Positions 24,931 to 37,530 of a DNA stretch of 64,000 nt are shown here, piece by piece. The stretch is from Myripristis murdjan (Eukaryota). The stretch's first letter is position 1; each line of letters starts with the position of its first letter. Both the position numbers and the translations under genes were made by a program. The notes under the pieces were generated by a model. The model was not told the origin of the DNA and did no database searches. It was given only the letters and a program-made list of their open reading frames with translations. The stretch covers positions 24,924,745 to 24,988,744 of the forward strand of contig NC_043996.1 of NCBI RefSeq assembly GCF_902150065.1, written 5' to 3'.

Positions 24931-26036
24931 GTAAGTTAGAGCTAATGACAGCCTTCACTCAAAAATGCCACTGGAGAGGTGTTTCCACATTCCTGGAGGT
25001 GGAGGTAGAGGTCTATGTGCACACCCCCCTGAAATCTGAGACTCCCCCGGCACGGCGAGGTGTGTTATGTCACTAATCTGACAGCTAATTAGGTAACTTG
25101 ATGAGGCTCTGCTGTGCCTAGTATTATTATTACCAGCAAAAAAACAAACAAACAAACAAGACCAACTTGAAATGGCTGCTTTACTTTAACAATACTATTG
25201 CAATTAAGAGATTCATTAAAAAAAAACAAAAAAAAAAAACACATGGATTAATTATCAACCACAATACAAGATACAATCCACCATGACAGCTGGCAGGGGA
25301 AGTGGGTGGAGTCTATTAGCATATTCATAGATCCACGCATATTTAATAAATATGAGGTGCAGAGTTAAATCTAAGCCGTTTTAAGGCAATAAGAGATGTT
25401 TTCTCATGGAAAAATTCTAAATATGTAATAGTGATGAGCAGAGACAATTAGATAAAACTAAATTAACGCTCCTCTCGAGAGCCAATACTGTTGATTACAG
25501 GAATATTCACGGATCTACTGTGAAAGGCTCATTTATTGAGTGTGTTCAAGTTCAAGTTCAGGTTTATTTAGAGCCCCACATCACGGCTTCATCCCAGCCT
25601 CAGAATATAAATATGTTGGCATCTGGCTTTATGAGTTAACATTTAAGTATCATGTTGATAAGAGAAGGCTTGGCGAAGCAGCTTCCTGTTGGATTATGGA
25701 GACATAATTTATCGTCATGCGGCCACCTCAACTCTTAAATTTTTGATGCTGTATATCGATCTCCTCTCTGATTTATTACAGATGGCAGTTCTTGTATTGT
25801 TATGGTATTACAGTATCTGTTCATCTACAACATGTCAAATCTAAACTTGGGAAAATTGGCCCATTATGGAATTAGTTACAGACCCTGAAACTCGACATAT
25901 TTGTAATATCCACATTCATAAATAAATATACAACTATGATCAGCAGCCTCTCTGAATCAGTGTAACTGGTCTGGTATTGTTTCTGTTTCTTTTCTCAAAT
26001 AATGCAGTTCATTTTTTTTTTTTTTTTCCCCAACAG

Positions 26037-26089
26037 AAATCTTTAAACAGCTCTCTGACGGAATGACCATGACTCTCGCTGAACAAGAC
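26037..26089 (+). CDS. calpain exon 18
   Basis: caacag|AA..GAC|gtaagt; KIFKQLSDGMTMTLAEQD. Confidence 0.8.
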
Positions 26090-26269
26090 GTAAGTAAATG
26101 TTTTGGGTTTTTTGAGCTTGTAGGCAGTGTACTTTGCTTTTCAAAGAGAACACGCAGAAAGCCTTTTGAATGAAATCGAACCTGGATTATTAGCTAGATT
26201 ACATAGTCGTACGTATACTGTGCTGCATGTTACAGCACTTTACTTACTCATCTCTTCCTTTATTTACAG

Positions 26270-26296
26270 TGGCTGCAAATTGCAATGTACATATAA
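26270..26296 (+). CDS. calpain terminal exon (WLQIAMYI*)
   Basis: ttacag|TGG CTG CAA ATT GCA ATG TAC ATA TAA; matches the classical calpain C-terminus EWLQLTMYS*. Confidence 0.85.
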   Translation, partial: WLQIAMYI

Positions 26297-26354
26297 CCTG
26301 ACAGAAAAGATGGACTGACCAATGGTGAGCCAGTGTGACGGCGTGCTGGGGTCC

Positions 26355-26360
26355 AATAAA
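26355..26360 (+). terminator. AATAAA polyadenylation signal, candidate for calpain (59 nt after the stop), within an (AAAT)n run
   Basis: ccAATAAAtaaataaataaataaaatac. Confidence 0.4.
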
Positions 26361-26489
26361 TAAATAAATAAATAAAATACACAGGCAGTGGAAGGGGGGT
26401 GACATTCAGAGAAAAAAAATTTGATTAAAATTTAAATTTACAAGAAAAAAACTTGGACATCTGGGATTAAAGTGGTACATTTTCAAGAA

Positions 26490-26805
26490 AAAACTCAAAT
26501 TTATGACAAAAAACTTGGAAAAATACTTGGTCTTATACTTGTCTTTCTTATACTACTAAAGAAACCACATGGTTTGACTTTGTGAGGTTGGGTCAGCCTC
26601 ACACTGAAGACGCTGCCGCTCGCCGTGTATCAGGCCTGCAGCTGATGACCTCTTCAAATTCATCTTAGGGATTCAGTAACAAGGAAATCCTGATGATTTT
26701 AGCCCAGAATCACAATATTATTTTTGCCTGAATCAGCCCAAGTCAATGCCTCTTTAAAGGAGAGGAAAAAATAGTTTTCCAAGTTTTTTCTCATAAATTT
26801 GTGAC
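26490..26805. repeat. inverted repeat pair in calpain 3' flank (CAAATTTATGACAAAAAACTTGGAAAA vs its reverse complement at 26776-26803)
   Basis: 26497-26524 vs 26776-26803 are reverse complements with 1-2 mismatches. Confidence 0.45.
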
Positions 26806-28567
26806 ATTATAATCGCAGATTTTTTTTTCCCTCATATAGATCATAAAGTTTCATCTGTATCAGACATGAAACAGGTTTCTTCTTACCTTACATGTTTCGG
26901 CGGTAAGCTTCCGCCTTCATCAGAGGTGTCACTAGGTGGTGTGTGACGTGTCTTTATCAGCTGATGTTACGCGTAGAGGCGTAGCCTACCTGTCAAATTT
27001 ATTAGCTTTTCCTCAGAATATTACCCCCTCTCCCCCCCTCCCTAAATATTGTACACGACTTCTTTTTTTTTTTTTTTAATGAGTCTGTGAAATTGCGCAA
27101 TCAATAAAAGACGTGCCATCGTGCAAGTCAGGTATCAAGCTGTGCTAACCTATTCTAACATAGAAAACTGAATTAATGGCACTTCATCGGATTAAGTATC
27201 CTACATTTCTTCAATGCATTTTTACGATTACATGCTCTTCTATCCATCGTTTATCTGTCACAGGTCAAGTGGATGGTATGATCACTACTGTTTTCTTTAA
27301 CACATGCATTACCTTTTGCAAGCTGTGAATATGAGTAGTAAATATGAGCATGAGTACTTAAGTGTTTCCTGCACTGAAAATGTCCTTTATTTTGTATATA
27401 GCCTTGTTGTGTTTTAGCTGACCTACAATTAATGAATGAATGAATATCAATTTTTACTGAAATTTCTTAAGTCATACTTTTCACATCAATAAAAATTGTG
27501 ATACATAAACAAAAAGGTTTTAATGATTTTTTTTTTCTTAGTATTACATTTTAACCCACACAAGCATTTGACTTGACGGTTTATACAAGAAAAAACAATC
27601 ATTTTCTTTTTTTTTTTAATATTAAAAAGGTGCACTGTGCAAAATTGAGGGTGGACTGGGTTAAGGTTAGGGTTAGACACAAAAACGCGGAATCGGCATG
27701 CAATTCAGCGGCATCAGACTGACAAGGAGAGCCATGTTATTGTACATAGTGTTCCTTTAATAAGCCACATCCTCTGACACGTCTTTGCAATACAAGCCTG
27801 TGTAAGTTCCAGTTCATAACAGGGCAGGTCATTAAAGTCAGACACTGGTGATTTCATAAGATCCATAAGGCCACAGTTTCACATAACAAAACTGAACAGC
27901 CAAATGCTATGACTGTTGCCACAATTATCTGTGCAATACAGTTTAAAATGCTGTAAACACACAGAAAGGCAAGTGCAGCATGGAAAAACAATAGTGCAAA
28001 ATGTTTTGGAGATTTTTTTTTCATATCAGAACACACCATTCTTACCCTTTACCTTTAATGATAAGCTGTAACCTTCAATTATGTAGCTTAATTCCACAAA
28101 CCAACAAGTACTCAGAAATGATATGACAAGTTTCAACATTTGAAATCATTTTGTGACTCACAAAGACAGGCAGCAAGGAGGACTGACGACCAGAGAGATT
28201 CCCAAAAACCCATTTTTGGAAAAACCTTGCAATAGCAACTTTGGAATTGTTTGAAAATGCAAGTTTGTGTGTTGACAAAGTTTGACAACCCTTGACGCCT
28301 TCAAATATGTTGCACTCCTACTGTGCATTTTCTAAAACACATGGTTGTCAATGAGAAAATAACCATTCTTCATTCATAAAAAATGTTATGGTATCTGTTA
28401 CAGGCCAGTAAGTGCAACCTCTTGATTATCACCACAACCAAGAAATACGCGTAAACTGTATATGAAGCATTATGGATTAACAGATCAACCCTGCTGTGCA
28501 AAGAAGTCCACCCAAACCTTTTTCTGTCCTGAAAACACAACACACGGCCACGTTGTGCTGCACGGCC

Positions 28568-28727
28568 TCACCACAGTGACGAGTAGTTGAACCGGATCCG
28601 CAGCAGGTACCTCATGCGGGTCTGGGCGGGGTTGTAGACTATGTACTCGTTGTAGAGAAGCGAGTAGCCGCCGGCTTTCCCCACGCCCGTCTTCACCGAG
28701 GGTCCCATCGGCACCGTCGCCCCGTCT
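28568..28727 (-). CDS. parp2: parp2 terminal exon with TGA stop
   Basis: (TC)n tract + ttag|A GAC; LDGATVPMGPSVKTGVGKAGGYSLLYNEYIVYNPAQTRMRYLLRIRFNYSSLW* (human ...NYNEYIVYNPNQVRMRYLLKVQFNFLQLW*). Confidence 0.9.
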
Positions 28728-28735
28728 CTAACAGC

Positions 28736-28838
<103 letters not shown>

Positions 28839-29761
28839 GAGAAATCAGAGTGATGGAAATGAGAACTGATTTTGTACAAATCAGACCAAAAAGTACATCT
28901 GACTTTGATCTCAGGGCTGTGGCTCTACATGAAATACACGTTTCATGGCCCTATGACTCTTGTCTAGTAAAACACTCTAGCTTTTCTTGGAGGTCTATAA
29001 AGGAGAAGCAGCACAGAGGAAGGGAAGGAAGAGCAAAATAAGAACGACACAAGGTCAGTCCATTAGGATATGAGTCACTGAAGAGGAACTTGAATTCAGC
29101 ACTTAGTACTTTGATTTGATCGAAGTGTTGTGACCCCAAATTGCACCGTGTCAGAATAAAAGACACTGACATTTCTGCGGGGTTGTGGGAAAACGGCTGC
29201 AGACGAACAGATCTACATAATCAGCAGAAACATGGGGCTAGGTAAGATTAAGAGCGGAAGACAGACACAGTGACGAGGCACATTTAACTAAGTGGTGCTC
29301 AAACAAAACACTCAAAAGGTCACAGAGGATGGCAGGAAAGTGCGGCAGACACAATAACAGCGCATGCATAGCTTTGTGAAACGCAGACAGAAACACCTCG
29401 GAGACGTCCTCAACGCTCAATTTGTGCCAGTGCATTTCCGGTGTAATCACAAAAATATAGATATATTTTCTGTTCGTATTCCCTTTCAGAAACAAGATAA
29501 TGTTAGAAATATGTTTTGGCAGATTGGTAATAGCTGCTATAACAAGAATTATTTTAAGCTGGTGGTCTACGTTCAATACATTTCATTATCTTATATTCCA
29601 TTTTTATTCAACTTCTTTAGAGCATTATTTATTATTTGTTCATCAACGTGCAATGGCTAAATTTACCCTGAGGTTATTAAGTTCATTTTTAGAAACAGAC
29701 AGGTTATATAATGACTGTTGTTTGTGTAATGGAGGAAAACAGTAGAATGAGAGAGACTGAC

Positions 29762-29886
29762 AGGGTGACAGAGTTCGTGGGATCAGGTCCAGTCTGTCCC
29801 AGGCCCTTGGTGCTGTGTTTCCCAGCAGGCAGCTTGTTGGCCTCGTAGTCGGCGTCCAGCAGCTCGTTACAGTCTCCCAGCGCGAC
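29762..29886 (-). CDS. parp2: parp2 exon 16 (catalytic)
   Basis: tttgcag|GTC..CCCT|gtcagt; VALGDCNELLDADYEANKLPAGKHSTKGLGQTGPDPTNSVT. Confidence 0.85.
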
Positions 29887-30844
29887 CTGCAAACACACAC
29901 ATCAGCGTGGAGATTTGAGCAGCTGACGGAGATGCAGTGAAATTTGTCTTTGGTAGAAAGATTGCAAAGGGTCGTCCATCACACACTGGCTTGTTATTTT
30001 TTTTGAGACAGCAAAATTTGACCGACTTCTGTTGTCAAACTTTGTCCCAGCTGGCCACCGTACACTCTCTCTGACCACGAGCAGCTCAAATTAATGAAAA
30101 ACATCTATAAATCAGGCTATTAAAGCACAGAGTTAGACCCCGCTGGAGGGAATGTGGAGAAATCATGGTTAATCGTGCTCACATCTTCTGGACTTGACCC
30201 TAAATTCAGACTTTCTGAAAGGAACTAGCAACAATCATCTAAAAAAGATGATATCTACCTCTTAAAAATCTTGCTGGCAGCGACTAAAAAGGCCACAGAA
30301 AAATCATCTCACTGTTGACTGCTGTATCAATACTGTTAAACACCCACATCTTTTTAGAAAAAATGACCTTCTCCATATGACACCAACCAGAAATGGGAGA
30401 AAAACGGTGGGAAAACCAAGTGTTAGTTTTGCCAACGAGACAGATTTTCCATGATTATTGCATGTGCCATGTGTGAGACTTCACTTTAAATTAAGCAAAT
30501 CAGCCTTGATTTACTGATCGTGGCCTCCTGTTTGTTTTGTTTCTTGTCATTGGTTTGTTTTTTGAGAAATGTTCATAAATGAAAAAGTTTGCGGCAGTTT
30601 TGTCCAAACACGTACAGCACAAGGCAGCAAATCCACAGATATCAGCCGTCCAAAGTAATAAATAAAAATCTCAAAACAGTCAGGTGTGCTCACTAGGACA
30701 TACAACTCAAAAAGGAAGAAGAACCTGCAGGCATTCAATTACTGTTTTTTTTCTGTCTCTGATGTGCTTTGGTGTAGATTTGCATAATAAATGTTAAACT
30801 GTTAAAGTACAAAATGATCAAAATATTTTTTTAGTTTCACCCAC

Positions 30845-30943
30845 CTCACTCAGTAGCAGCAGCCCCACGTTGCTGCGCTGGTTGGCAAAACAGTAGTTGG
30901 CGCTCTTTGACGACATGTCAGCAAAGTAGATGCCTTTACCAAA
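30845..30943 (-). CDS. parp2: parp2 exon 15 (catalytic)
   Basis: tgtccag|TTT..GAG|gtgggt; [33 protein letters not shown]. Confidence 0.9.
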
Positions 30944-31329
30944 CTGGACAAGAGACAAACAGGGAGCTCAGCACAACGCGCTTCATCACAAAAATGCTGG
31001 AAAAAAAAATTCATCACCCAGTTTTTGGAAATATAGGTTTTGATACTAAAAATGTTAATGTTTTGGGAGGAAAATGCTTAGTACGGCCAATAACTGGTTT
31101 TACAAAGCAAATGTTTTACTTTTGAGCAGCCGTTTCAAAAAGTTACTCCAGTACATGTAAAACTCCTCTCTTCCCCCAAACTCATTTGTTCTCCATCTCT
31201 CCAATCCCCTCCAGGATTGATGAATTAAACGACAGATTGAGTGATTGGGTAAAAAAAAAAGAAAGAGTGAAAATAAACAATAAATGAATCAAGAGCAGGT
31301 GTAAGTGTGTCTCTGTTCATCCATCCTAC

Positions 31330-31429
31330 CATGTACCCAGTGACGGGGGCTTCTGGTGGGGCGACCCTGAGCCCCTGGCTGAGGATGCCAACCCAGTTAG
31401 ACAGGCGGGAACCATGCCACAACAGCATC
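31330..31429 (-). CDS. parp2: parp2 exon 14 (catalytic, H-G-S NAD+ site)
   Basis: (CA)n in intron then catcag|G ATG..ATG|gtagga; [34 protein letters not shown]. Confidence 0.9.
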
Positions 31430-31437
31430 CTGATGGA

Positions 31438-31438
<1 letters not shown>

Positions 31439-31478
<40 letters not shown>
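31439..31478. repeat. (CA)n microsatellite in a parp2 intron, adjacent to the exon 14 acceptor
   Basis: acacac x20. Confidence 0.9.
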
Positions 31479-31480
<2 letters not shown>

Positions 31481-31687
31481 TTACATGGAGTGTGCAAAGG
31501 GGAGTTCATCATCAGCGTCACAAATTCAGTGACACCAATCAAATTAGAGTGTAGCTTTTTCGAGACAAATATGAAAGTAGCTCAGGTTTCAGTGGCATCT
31601 GAGACAACAAAACCAGTTTCACACACACACACACACACTGAAACATGACAACCATTTGCATAAACAGCAGCTGTATTCAGATATTAC

Positions 31688-31815
31688 CTGTTGTGCATCT
31701 GTGACAGGAAGTTGTCCCTCTCCCCCGCCCTGTCCACCGAGAAGATGTCCAGCACAGTCATGGTGTAATCTCTGTGAGTCGTGGCGTGAGTGGACTGCAG
31801 GTACTTCTCTATCAC
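31688..31815 (-). CDS. parp2: parp2 exon 13 (catalytic domain start)
   Basis: tgtgaag|GTG (AAG acceptor)..AACAG|gtaata; VIEKYLQSTHATTHRDYTMTVLDIFSVDRAGERDNFLSQMHN. Confidence 0.75.
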
Positions 31816-33373
31816 CTTCACAGAGAGAAGAGGGGTTACAGAGAGTTAGCTGATGTTTACTGTCGGGAAATTATTTCACTATCAAACACCATCGTAGCTG
31901 TGCTGAAAATATCTTGATGTGTGTGGCAACAGGTTGTCAACATTTGTGTTTTAGGGGTGGATTTTTGATTTAATGGAAACCTTGCACCATGTTTAACAAC
32001 TATTTTCCCCAATATAAATACCTGAATCTGAGACATGTTGAGGCGTACATGACCTACAGAACTACTGGTTACAGGATAAATAAAGCTACATTATGCTATC
32101 TAGGATTACTTGATTGTTTTGTTACATTTGAAAGACCCAATTACCCAATTAATTAGTGCCCAATTAAGCTGTTTAGAATATTGGATAATATTACACAGCC
32201 CAAGAGAAGTTTTAATAGTTTGATGCTCTTTGACATGGACACATTAGTCCTAGTTTGTACCATGTGACTGAATTTGGTTGATTTATAGATTCATTCTCTG
32301 ATCCTTAAAGTAATAGGACTGGTTCTTATCCATACAGAGGTATTTCCTAATCCATGCAAGTGTAATAGATCCTCCAATTGTCACCCGACGACTTTGCTTA
32401 CACAACAGCTCCCCTCAGCGCTCTATGTTTGTTTACACACCTGGTAGGTGAAGCTGTTGTGTAGTGATACAGAAATAAAGCAGCAGTTCCACAACTTGGC
32501 AAGCAAGACGGCTAGAAAAGAGCATCGATAATGAATCCCAAAGAATGTGTGCTGTTGTGCATCTTTCAAAACATCTCAGCTTTAGGTTGCTGATCCAAAT
32601 CGTGTTGTTTGCTGGTTTCGTTTCGGAGAAGAACAGTCCCAGTGAAGCTCTCGTTCTTGCAACAAAAAGCTGAGCAGCCAGACTTGGAAGATCTATTACC
32701 AGGGTTTCTACACATTTTATTTTTCCATAGTCCATGCTTTTCCAGACCTTCATTTTCAGATTTCATGGTACATTTTTTTCAGCCTGCTGATAACTAAAAG
32801 TTATTCAGGGTTTTAAATTATTTAGGCCTCAAATAACAGATATGCCCAGTGCAGAGGATGCTTTTAAAAGCTCTGTGTGCTTCTTGCCTTCTGTATGACT
32901 TTGAATGACTGCCAAACATAATTGACACACTGCTTTTGCTTTGGATTTGGGATCCTTCGCTAACCATTTTGAATAACTGGGATGGGCTAGCCACCTATCG
33001 GAAAGTTTGTATTTGCCATGGGTCCTAGACTGGAGCTGAATGGGAGCAGCCACTATTGTGGCTGGCCAGGCTGTAGGGCAGAAGCCCGAAAAGGACAAAA
33101 GGAGGCATCTGACGTCCTTCAATGTAAAACATGACTGTCTGCAAATGGTTTTGACACTTTTTCCTCATTTTCCATACATTTCTAGACCTGTAAAATCATA
33201 CTTTTTCATGATATTTCAGACTGCGTAGGAACCTTGTATTACCACTATATAGCTAAGACTCCAAACTATCAGTTTAAATGTGTATCCTCTGGAGCGAATC
33301 AGCAGTGGTGTATCAGAACGGCTCGGTACCACCTGACTGCTCTCAGTACCGCTCAGCACAGCGTCACACTGAC

Positions 33374-33508
33374 CGTGTATTCGTGGCTGTTGGGGTCCAG
33401 AGGCTGCAGCTGGCAGCGGAGGGAGCTGTACTGTCGGTCCAGCGGATGCTCGTCACTGTCCTCTCTGGACTGGGCCATCTTCACCGCTATCTGGATGTCA
33501 CTCAGAGC
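33374..33508 (-). CDS. parp2: parp2 exon 12
   Basis: ccctcag|GCT..ACG|gtcagt; ALSDIQIAVKMAQSREDSDEHPLDRQYSSLRCQLQPLDPNSHEYT. Confidence 0.85.
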
Positions 33509-33829
33509 CTGAGGGAGGGAAGAGAAACAGTAGATTACCCTGGATTATGTACTGTGTTACAGGTGAATGGGTTAAAAGAACTGGTAGATTACTTTACATT
33601 GGACAGGCAGTAACTCAATATTGTCATCTGTGATACATAATTATGTCTAAATTGATGATAACTGGCACATTTTATTTAAAAACTCAAATAAAATGAGGTA
33701 TTTGACCATTTAATGTGATTTTGCTTGAGTAAGCCATATAATAATACATAAAAATCATAAGAACATAAATAATTTAATGCACCAAGCTGAAAAGACTTGT
33801 ATATCTCAAATAAAGTAGAGTTCCTCTAC

Positions 33830-33893
33830 CTCCAGCAGGGCGATTTTTTCCTTCAGCTCATCTTCTGTGCGGATGATGGGAGGAGTTTTTAAC
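33830..33893 (-). CDS. parp2: parp2 exon 11
   Basis: ttccag|G TTA..GAG|gtagag; LKTPPIIRTEDELKEKIALLE. Confidence 0.85.
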
Positions 33894-34061
33894 CTGGAAA
33901 ATCAGATCCCAACGTTACATTACTAACTCGTCAAGATCCCAGCTAATGTGAGACACTCTGAGAGTCATCGTATTAAACATTATCTCCTACATCAGTTCTG
34001 TAATTTCAGGGCCTCGTCAGTGTTAGCGTGTTCCCTAACTACTGAGTTGCACATTTCTTAC

Positions 34062-34200
34062 CCAAAGTCATGTGGGATTCGTGTGTAGAACTGGTTGCAC
34101 GCGTCCAGCAACTCGCGATTGCTGCCCTTCTTCTTCAGACACGCCTCGATCCTCTGCAGCGCCATGTAGCCTGCACGGATCTGCTCGGACGTCAGCTTGC
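34062..34200 (-). CDS. parp2: parp2 exon 10 (regulatory domain)
   Basis: ctgcag|GC..TTTGG|gtaaga; GKLTSEQIRAGYMALQRIEACLKKKGSNRELLDACNQFYTRIPHDFG. Confidence 0.9.
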
Positions 34201-34695
34201 CTGCAGACAGACGGAGGAAAACCAAACTGAGCCAGTGATACTAACACATTCACAAACAGCACCAGTCAGAAAGACAATAAAAAAAACAATAAAAAGGGTA
34301 TCTTTAAATCTGGAAATTACTGTGTATAAAATAAATTGAATTGTTTGAATAAATTGTCTCATGTTCAGAGTGTACAGTGGTCAGCAGAGAGAGGCACTGT
34401 GTACAGCTGAATCATTCAAAACGTACTAACTCTGAAAGTGATCGGTGCGTCAGGTGATCTTTTCTGATTTAGATCAATTCTATAAATATTAATAACAGGT
34501 TCATAACAGGTAATATTCAGGTGTATATGTGGATTCATATGTACAATGACCACAGGATGTCTTATGATGCTTCTTTCCTCGGTGTGTGAGGTCCTGCTGC
34601 TGCACACTGTGCCCCGATGAACTGACAAACTGTACGTTTTCAATATTTCTCTGGAACAATATTTCCTGTAATGACTCCGATTCAGACAAACTGAC

Positions 34696-34849
34696 CGAGA
34701 GGAGCTTTACGTGTGTCGAACTTCATCTCCAGCACACACTCCTCCATGGCCTTCAGGTCACAGATGAGCTCCAGGAGAGACTGGACCTTCATGTCCAGCT
34801 TTGAGGGCTTCTTCTTGGGCACAGCGTCCACCACAGTCTGGCTCTCCTC
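34696..34849 (-). CDS. parp2: parp2 exon 9 (PARP regulatory helical domain)
   Basis: tttccag|GAG..CTCG|gtcagt; EESQTVVDAVPKKKPSKLDMKVQSLLELICDLKAMEECVLEMKFDTRKAPL. Confidence 0.85.
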
Positions 34850-34996
34850 CTGGAAAGGTGGAAAACATTTCAATTAATGGGCAAAGAAAGAAAGAAAGAA
34901 AGAAAGAAGGAGGGAATGTAAAAAGGAGGTAAATTTGAGCCTCTCCATCAGTATCGGTCAGGATCACTGTCCGATACTGATGGAGGTGATGCTTGC

Positions 34997-35099
34997 CTTT
35001 CCATTGGCGCTGTAGTCCATCAGCACCATGTCATATTTTCCAGCCACTTTCTCAAAGTTAGCCCGCTGTTCCCACTCGTTCTTGGTCTTGTCAAGGAAC
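34997..35099 (-). CDS. parp2: parp2 exon 8 (WGR end)
   Basis: cctcag|G TTC..AAG|gcaagc (GC donor); FLDKTKNEWEQRANFEKVAGKYDMVLMDYSANGK. Confidence 0.75.
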
Positions 35100-35193
35100 C
35101 TGAGGCGAAAACAAACCAGCCCATTTCAGAGTTTCACAAAACCCACTTCCACGCGGGACATCTGAAACTCATTTTCCAATTATTCAATCTCAC

Positions 35194-35269
35194 TTTTTCT
35201 TGAAGACGTCTTTGGCTTTCAGCAGGTCTCCGCCACAGCCTGTCAAGCTGTTCTGGCCCACTTTACCCA
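35194..35269 (-). CDS. parp2: parp2 exon 7 (WGR)
   Basis: ctgcag|TG..AAAAA|gtgaga; VGKVGQNSLTGCGGDLLKAKDVFKKK. Confidence 0.85.
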
Positions 35270-35500
35270 CTGCAGAGACAAAATAAAAAAACAAAAAACA
35301 TCACTGCAGGGTTAAAATATCACCAACAGGACAGGAAACTCCCACCACTGTTTCTCCAAAGTACACAGTTAGATTTTACCAGAATTTTTTGGGCTGCTGT
35401 TCATTTCCAAACCAAACTAAGACACAGAGTTTTCAGCGATCAAGCGCATGAACTTCTCTTCGTTCCACCTGCATCAGCGTGTAAAACGTGTAAAACCCAC

Positions 35501-35597
35501 CTCTGCCCCATCTCATCCACACACTGTAGGCCTTCGAGTTGTCGTCCTCCAGCAGCTGGATCAAGTAGTACTTGTTGTTGTTGAACTGAAGATTTGT
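35501..35597 (-). CDS. parp2: parp2 exon 6 (WGR)
   Basis: ttgcag|ACA..AGAG|gtgggt; TNLQFNNNKYYLIQLLEDDNSKAYSVWMRWGR. Confidence 0.9.
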
Positions 35598-36090
35598 CTG
35601 CAAAAAAAAGCCGCAGAAAATGTTTACTGCAGAGTTCACTCCAGCACAGTTACTGTTCCCTCAGTTCAAAAAGGAAAACTGACACAATTATGATAGAGGC
35701 TTCACTCAATAACTTCCTTTTTAAAGACTGATAGTAAGAAATAAATATTAGGTTTGTACTGTCAGCTGTGTATTATCTGATGTCACAATTTAGTTTAAAT
35801 TCACTTTTCATATGAGCAATACTGAAACGTTTCATTTCATTTACAGTCTGAAAACTGTCAAGATAACTGCTGGTGAAAATAACTACAGTTAAGTTATTTC
35901 ATCAATATATGATGAATACTCAGAGCTACAATATCGCCCAGATTTTCATCCCATCAGACGAGCCTATATACCGCAAAACATTACAGCTTCTGAATTTTGA
36001 ATGATATGTACTGTACTGGGTAAATGAATACTTCTCAGCCGTCAGATCCATTTGATTCAGTCCATTATTTTATTTTTTAAAAATTATTAC

Positions 36091-36141
36091 CTGGTTTAGC
36101 ATCACGTCATACACGTCGCTTCCTTCGCTGTAAACGTGGGC
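36091..36141 (-). CDS. parp2: parp2 exon 5 (WGR domain start)
   Basis: catgcag|GCC..CAG|gtaata; AHVYSEGSDVYDVMLNQ (human AHVYCEGNDVYDVMLNQ). Confidence 0.9.
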
Positions 36142-36761
36142 CTGCATGGACGAGAGAGGAAACATACCATGAATAAAGCTGAGATCATTCGTAACAAAAG
36201 AAAACAAAAAACAAAACTTTTTCTGACAACTTCTCATGTCTTTTCTGTACTTTGGCTTGTACATGCTCTTTTTTTTTTAGCCTAAACTTTTTCTTTTACC
36301 TAGACAGACCTCATAAATAAACATTATATGTTCAAAATCACCAGGAAGAGAGAACATCATTGAGCAAAAAAATGACATTATAGGACAACAGAAAAACTGT
36401 AGGATTATAAATTTTAAAAATTAAATTAAATTTAAAAAAGGCAGTCAAATGTTATTTTCTGTGTTAACTTTGTATTTCACTAAATACAAAATAACTGAAT
36501 CGAGTCAGTATCTAAATCAACCAAGACAAGCTACTAAAGAATGAGCCTTTCTCTTCTCTTATAATAGCAATAATGAGGATTTAGCATGGCATCTCCTGTA
36601 GTTATTCACTATTTGATATTTTTAAGATAAACTCATGGTATGGATATACTTTCAGTTTTACCCATCCACCTCGCACATCTTTATTATGTGAAATTTAAAA
36701 GTTGAAGGAATATTTTTCAAATCTATTTACTGGTGATTTTTGTTCTTCTAATTGTCTAAAG

Positions 36762-37160
36762 CAGTGATTCTCAAAGAGGGACACGCGTACCCCCTAGTGG
36801 TATATTGGAGTACTGCCGGGGGTACATGGGATTTTTTTCAACATTAATTTAATATTTTTAAGTCATGCATAATTCATAAAATAATTAGCTTACGCTGAAA
36901 TAAGTTTGATTATAAATGAAAATGTCAGTTTGTCTTCGGTATTCCCTCCTCGGGTTTGACGAAGGTGTTGTTGTGGTTTAAATGGTTTAAATTAAAGACG
37001 TTTGTTCACTATGACCAGGAAGCCAGACAAAAACTGAGAAAATGGATTTGTGGTTTCAAGGAGAAAGAAGAGAAGAAGACGCCGAAACAGAGCCGACAAA
37101 ATATCGTCAGTATCAGGTTGTTGTTTCAGACGTTGAAAAAAATTTGAGAACCACTGCTCT
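36762..37160. mobile_element. MITE with ~20-bp TIRs (CTAAAGCAGTGRTTCTCAAA), in parp2 intron 4
   Basis: 5' end CTAAAGCAGTGATTCTCAAAGAGGGACACGCGTACCCCCTAGTGG; 3' end TTTGAGAACCACTGCTCTAAAGCG is its reverse complement. Confidence 0.65.
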
Positions 37161-37267
37161 AAAGCGTAACTTAAATTAATTTGTGTTTGATTCAAGACCA
37201 AAAATAAAGCAGTGACACACGGTTGAATCATAACTCATGAATGTGAAGCTCTCTGCAGACACTTTAC

Positions 37268-37338
37268 CTTTCCAAGTTTGGCTTTGCACTCAGAGTCCAC
37301 CGGAGCTTTGCCCTTCATCACCACCGTCTTCACGACCT
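37268..37338 (-). CDS. parp2: parp2 exon 4
   Basis: tgcacag|AG..AAG|gtaaag; EVVKTVVMKGKAPVDSECKAKLGK (human VKALLLKGKAPVDPECTAKVGK). Confidence 0.85.
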
Positions 37339-37530
37339 CTGTGCAACATACAAACAGTTTACATGAATGACAGTGAATTTCCATTTCTAACACAGAGAGA
37401 GAGAGAGAGTAAACAGCCACCTGACGTTTGAACGAAACACAAAGCATCTTTCTCTCTGTCTTCATCCACCCGTTTGCCCATTTTAAAACAATCATGTAAA
37501 AAAAAAAATATGTAAATGAAATGCACACAC

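Noticed and set aside
33234-33613. Plus-strand ORFs 33234-33512 and 33278-33613
   Set aside because: They are antisense to parp2 exon 12 and have no homology.
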